Positions 61,562 through 64,000 of a stretch of 64,000 nt of DNA are shown here, piece after piece. The notes under the pieces are model-generated. The model made no database searches and was not told the origin of the DNA. It saw nothing but the letters and a program-made list of their open reading frames with translations. Both the position numbers and the translations under genes were made by a program. Origin of the DNA: Schizochytrium sp. TIO01 (lineage: Eukaryota; Protista; Bigyra: Labyrinthulomycetes); contig SMSO01000006.1 of the NCBI GenBank assembly GCA_004764695.1, forward strand, positions 1,627,859 through 1,691,858. The letters are read 5' to 3'. The number at the start of each line of letters is the position of its first letter. The stretch's first letter is position 1.

Positions 61562-63096
61562 ATGCGCTCGCAAGTATCACCCGGTTTTCTTGAGTCCCTT
61601 TCAGGTCTGGTCAACAAGACAAACAGTCCACAGCAACAACAGCAGCAGCAATCAAGCTCAAATGTCACGAATTTGCCAAACTTGGCTCAGTTTGTCAGTT
61701 CCGCACCAAATCAGGCCAACAAATCGCAAGGGTTAGAGTGGAACTCCTCTGCGAACAACTCCCCTTCTCAACAGCAGCAGCAACAACAACAACAACAAAA
61801 CGTCAACAACAACAACAGCAACAGCAATGTGAATAGCATTATGATGCAGCAACATCAGCCATTCTTTATGCCATTTCCTCACATGCAGAATAACAACCAA
61901 CAACAACCCATCATGTTCATGCCGCAGCACATGAGCAACAACAACAACAACCACGGAAACCAGATGATGTATATGAACATGCACCAGATGCCTTACATGA
62001 TGCATCCACAGCAATTCGCTAACTTTCAACAACAACAACAACACAACCCCATGCAGAACAACATGGTGGCAATGAATAATAATAATAACAACAACAACAA
62101 CAACAACAAACTACAACAACCACCCTCACAGAAAAGCTTGAGCAGCTCGCCAAGGTGGCCAAGCGTAACGCATTACGCAACAGCAACTCTTCTGGTAGCA
62201 GCCCTAGCAGCTCCAACTCCTCGAGCAGCAGCAATAACAAGAAAACCAACCAATCACCTACCACTGCTAAACGCTCACGTTATGAATCAGTCTCAGATGA
62301 CAACGAGGACGAGGACCAAGACGAGGACCAGGACCAGGACCAAGACGCCACTTTGTCCAGTGGCAGCACAACCAGCAACAAGAGGATGCGCAACTCCGTG
62401 GATGACACTAAGACAGACAGTGGACGTAACTCTGAAGACTCGGCCTCCTCTAGCGACTGCACAGAGAGCAACAGTAGCATTATTGACTCTTCATCTCGCC
62501 CAAACTACAGCCCTGAAGAAGCAGCCAAAAGAGCTTCTGAAGCAGCCGCCAAAGCCCAGCTACAGGTCCGCCATCTTCAGCAGCGTAAACGCCGTCGCCG
62601 TGCACGCCGCAACCGTGCACCTGACTGCCCCCATAGCGATTACCGTGGTGTCTCCTGGCATCGTCGCGATCGTAAATGGCTTGCGCGTACTTGGATTAAT
62701 GGCCGCATCGAACACCTTGGCTGCTTCCGCACAGAGGAAATGGCTGCCCTCGCCGTTGATCTTCGCACAATCGAACATTTCGGTCCCGATACAAAAAAAG
62801 AGCTTAACTTTTCGGAACCAGAAGAACGCGAACGTCTGCGCCGCGAATTTGACTCTTCCGGCGAATTTAAGATTAAAACAGCACGTGAGCTTAATGGTCC
62901 TGGCAATTATGCAGCCAGCAAAATGCCTGCGGGTATGCGCTTCACAACTGTCTTCATCCCTGGTTTCGGCCCTGTAGCTGCCGCCGCGCCCGCACAACCA
63001 GGCGCCCCCTTTGGGTACAATTATGACTTTGCGCCCGTTTTTGCCACACACATGCCGCAAGGCTTTCCTGCAAATTTACCACCACAACAAATGTAA
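61562..63096 (+). CDS. AP2/ERF-domain transcription factor, paralog B, with one apparent -1 frame break near 62090-62110
   Basis: N-terminal Q/N/M-rich part in the 61562 frame. The AP2 core (62641-62784) is in the 62155 frame, which is open from 62089 (QQQTTTTTLTEKLEQLAKVAKRNAL) to TAA 63096. Adding one base near 62108-62110 would fuse them into one ORF of about 511 aa. Confidence 0.82.
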
Positions 63097-63621
63097 AATG
63101 ACTGTCGTACATTTAAACTACTCTTACTTTTCTTAAATACCTTTCTTTGCTGATTTACTCTCCACTTCTTCATTTCGTAATCCTTCTCTGACTTCCAGTC
63201 GAACATACTATTTACATTGATTTGCATGCCCTTGATGCAATTTAATACACAGCCGCCGCATATACAAGACTTGAGAGAATAATAATTCTATCAGACCATC
63301 CTCAAATCAGATTTTCGAAAAAATGTAAGCGTAAAGACTTTTTCTGGTACATACTTCTTCTCGCCCTTCATCAACACATCATAAAATACTCTCTAGGGCG
63401 CGAGGAGTCAAAGGAACCATGTGCTTTGTATGTTTATGCCAGTCCATTTATCTTTGTCCAACAAGCTCTTGATCGTTTTTATTTTTTTATTTGCAAAACG
63501 TGTAATATTTATTCTTCTTGCAATCTTAGACGATAGCTTACTATGAATGAGTGACCTTTTAGCTGTCCTTCAATGTGCACTTGAATGAATCACCAAGAAC
63601 CGGATCATCTTTCACATGGCA

Positions 63622-63945
63622 CTGAAAGAAGATTCTGGTCAGCTTTGAGGTTGACTGTAAAGATGAAGGCAAGGGTCTTGATGAAGGCTTTAAAAAGGCT
63701 GATTTGAGATTTAGCGAACTGCTGTCCTGGAGAATGAACTCCAGGACAGATGGACTCGTGTAGTAATTAAGAAGGCTAAGATATTCTTGCAGGTGTTGGA
63801 GATAATCGATGGGGTTAGGGGAATTCGACAGCTTCAACCATCGATTCAAGTTACACCATACTTGGATGTAGGTTATGTGTAGTCACACTTTTGCTTCTTG
63901 ACTCTGGCAGCCACATGAATCTGGCTGCCTACTCTCTTGCTCTAT
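63622..63945 (+). pseudogene. Decayed coding fragment of a dispersed family (copy 2)
   Basis: VDCKDEGKGLDEGFKKADLRFSELLSWRMNSRTDGLV** and later STIDSSYTILGCRLCVVTLLLL match copy 1 at 23785-24100; stops and indels present. Confidence 0.55.
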
Positions 63946-64000
63946 TGTAAGCCCTGTGTCTACTAGGGTTTCACAAATGGACGCCAAGAACTTGAGCAAT

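Noticed and set aside
62110-62977. C-terminal half of track ORF 61562..62977 as real protein
   Set aside because: The conserved AP2 domain lies in the other frame; this part reads as out-of-frame sequence.
1-64000. tRNA, rRNA, telomeric repeats or an intact transposon
   Set aside because: None recognised by eye; a covariance-model or repeat-library search was not possible.

Overview
Eukaryotic nuclear DNA: spliceosomal GT-AG introns, XRN1, TCP11-like and AP2 genes, and dense microsatellites. The mostly intronless, compact genes suggest a protist such as a thraustochytrid-like stramenopile, but that assignment is inference. (1) 1-8993, minus strand: one multi-exon gene that the ORF track misses. 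Its 352-357 bp tandem 'satellite' (549-8130) is really 22 consecutive 84-nt phase-2 exons, each encoding one 28-aa ribonuclease-inhibitor/NLR-type leucine-rich repeat. The exons are separated by near-identical 268-273 nt introns, and amino-acid variation is concentrated in the LxxNxIxxx segment. The predicted first exon encodes MARTKQTARRSTGIPAP, a histone H3 N-terminal tail (14/17 identical) with no histone fold. This H3-tail plus shuffling-LRR protein is the best candidate for an undescribed system; its C-terminus runs off the left edge. (2) 10.5-22.6 kb: intronless genes for mitochondrial AsnRS, XRN1, a TCP11-like protein and a TPR + 2OG-Fe(II) oxygenase. (3) 26.3-63.1 kb: two divergently oriented AP2-domain transcription factor paralogs (47/48 identical core) separated by about 32.7 kb of apparently gene-free, microsatellite-rich DNA. 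The right copy has a single -1 frame break. Two decayed copies of a dispersed coding repeat flank this block. All splice models and counts were read by eye and need transcript confirmation.
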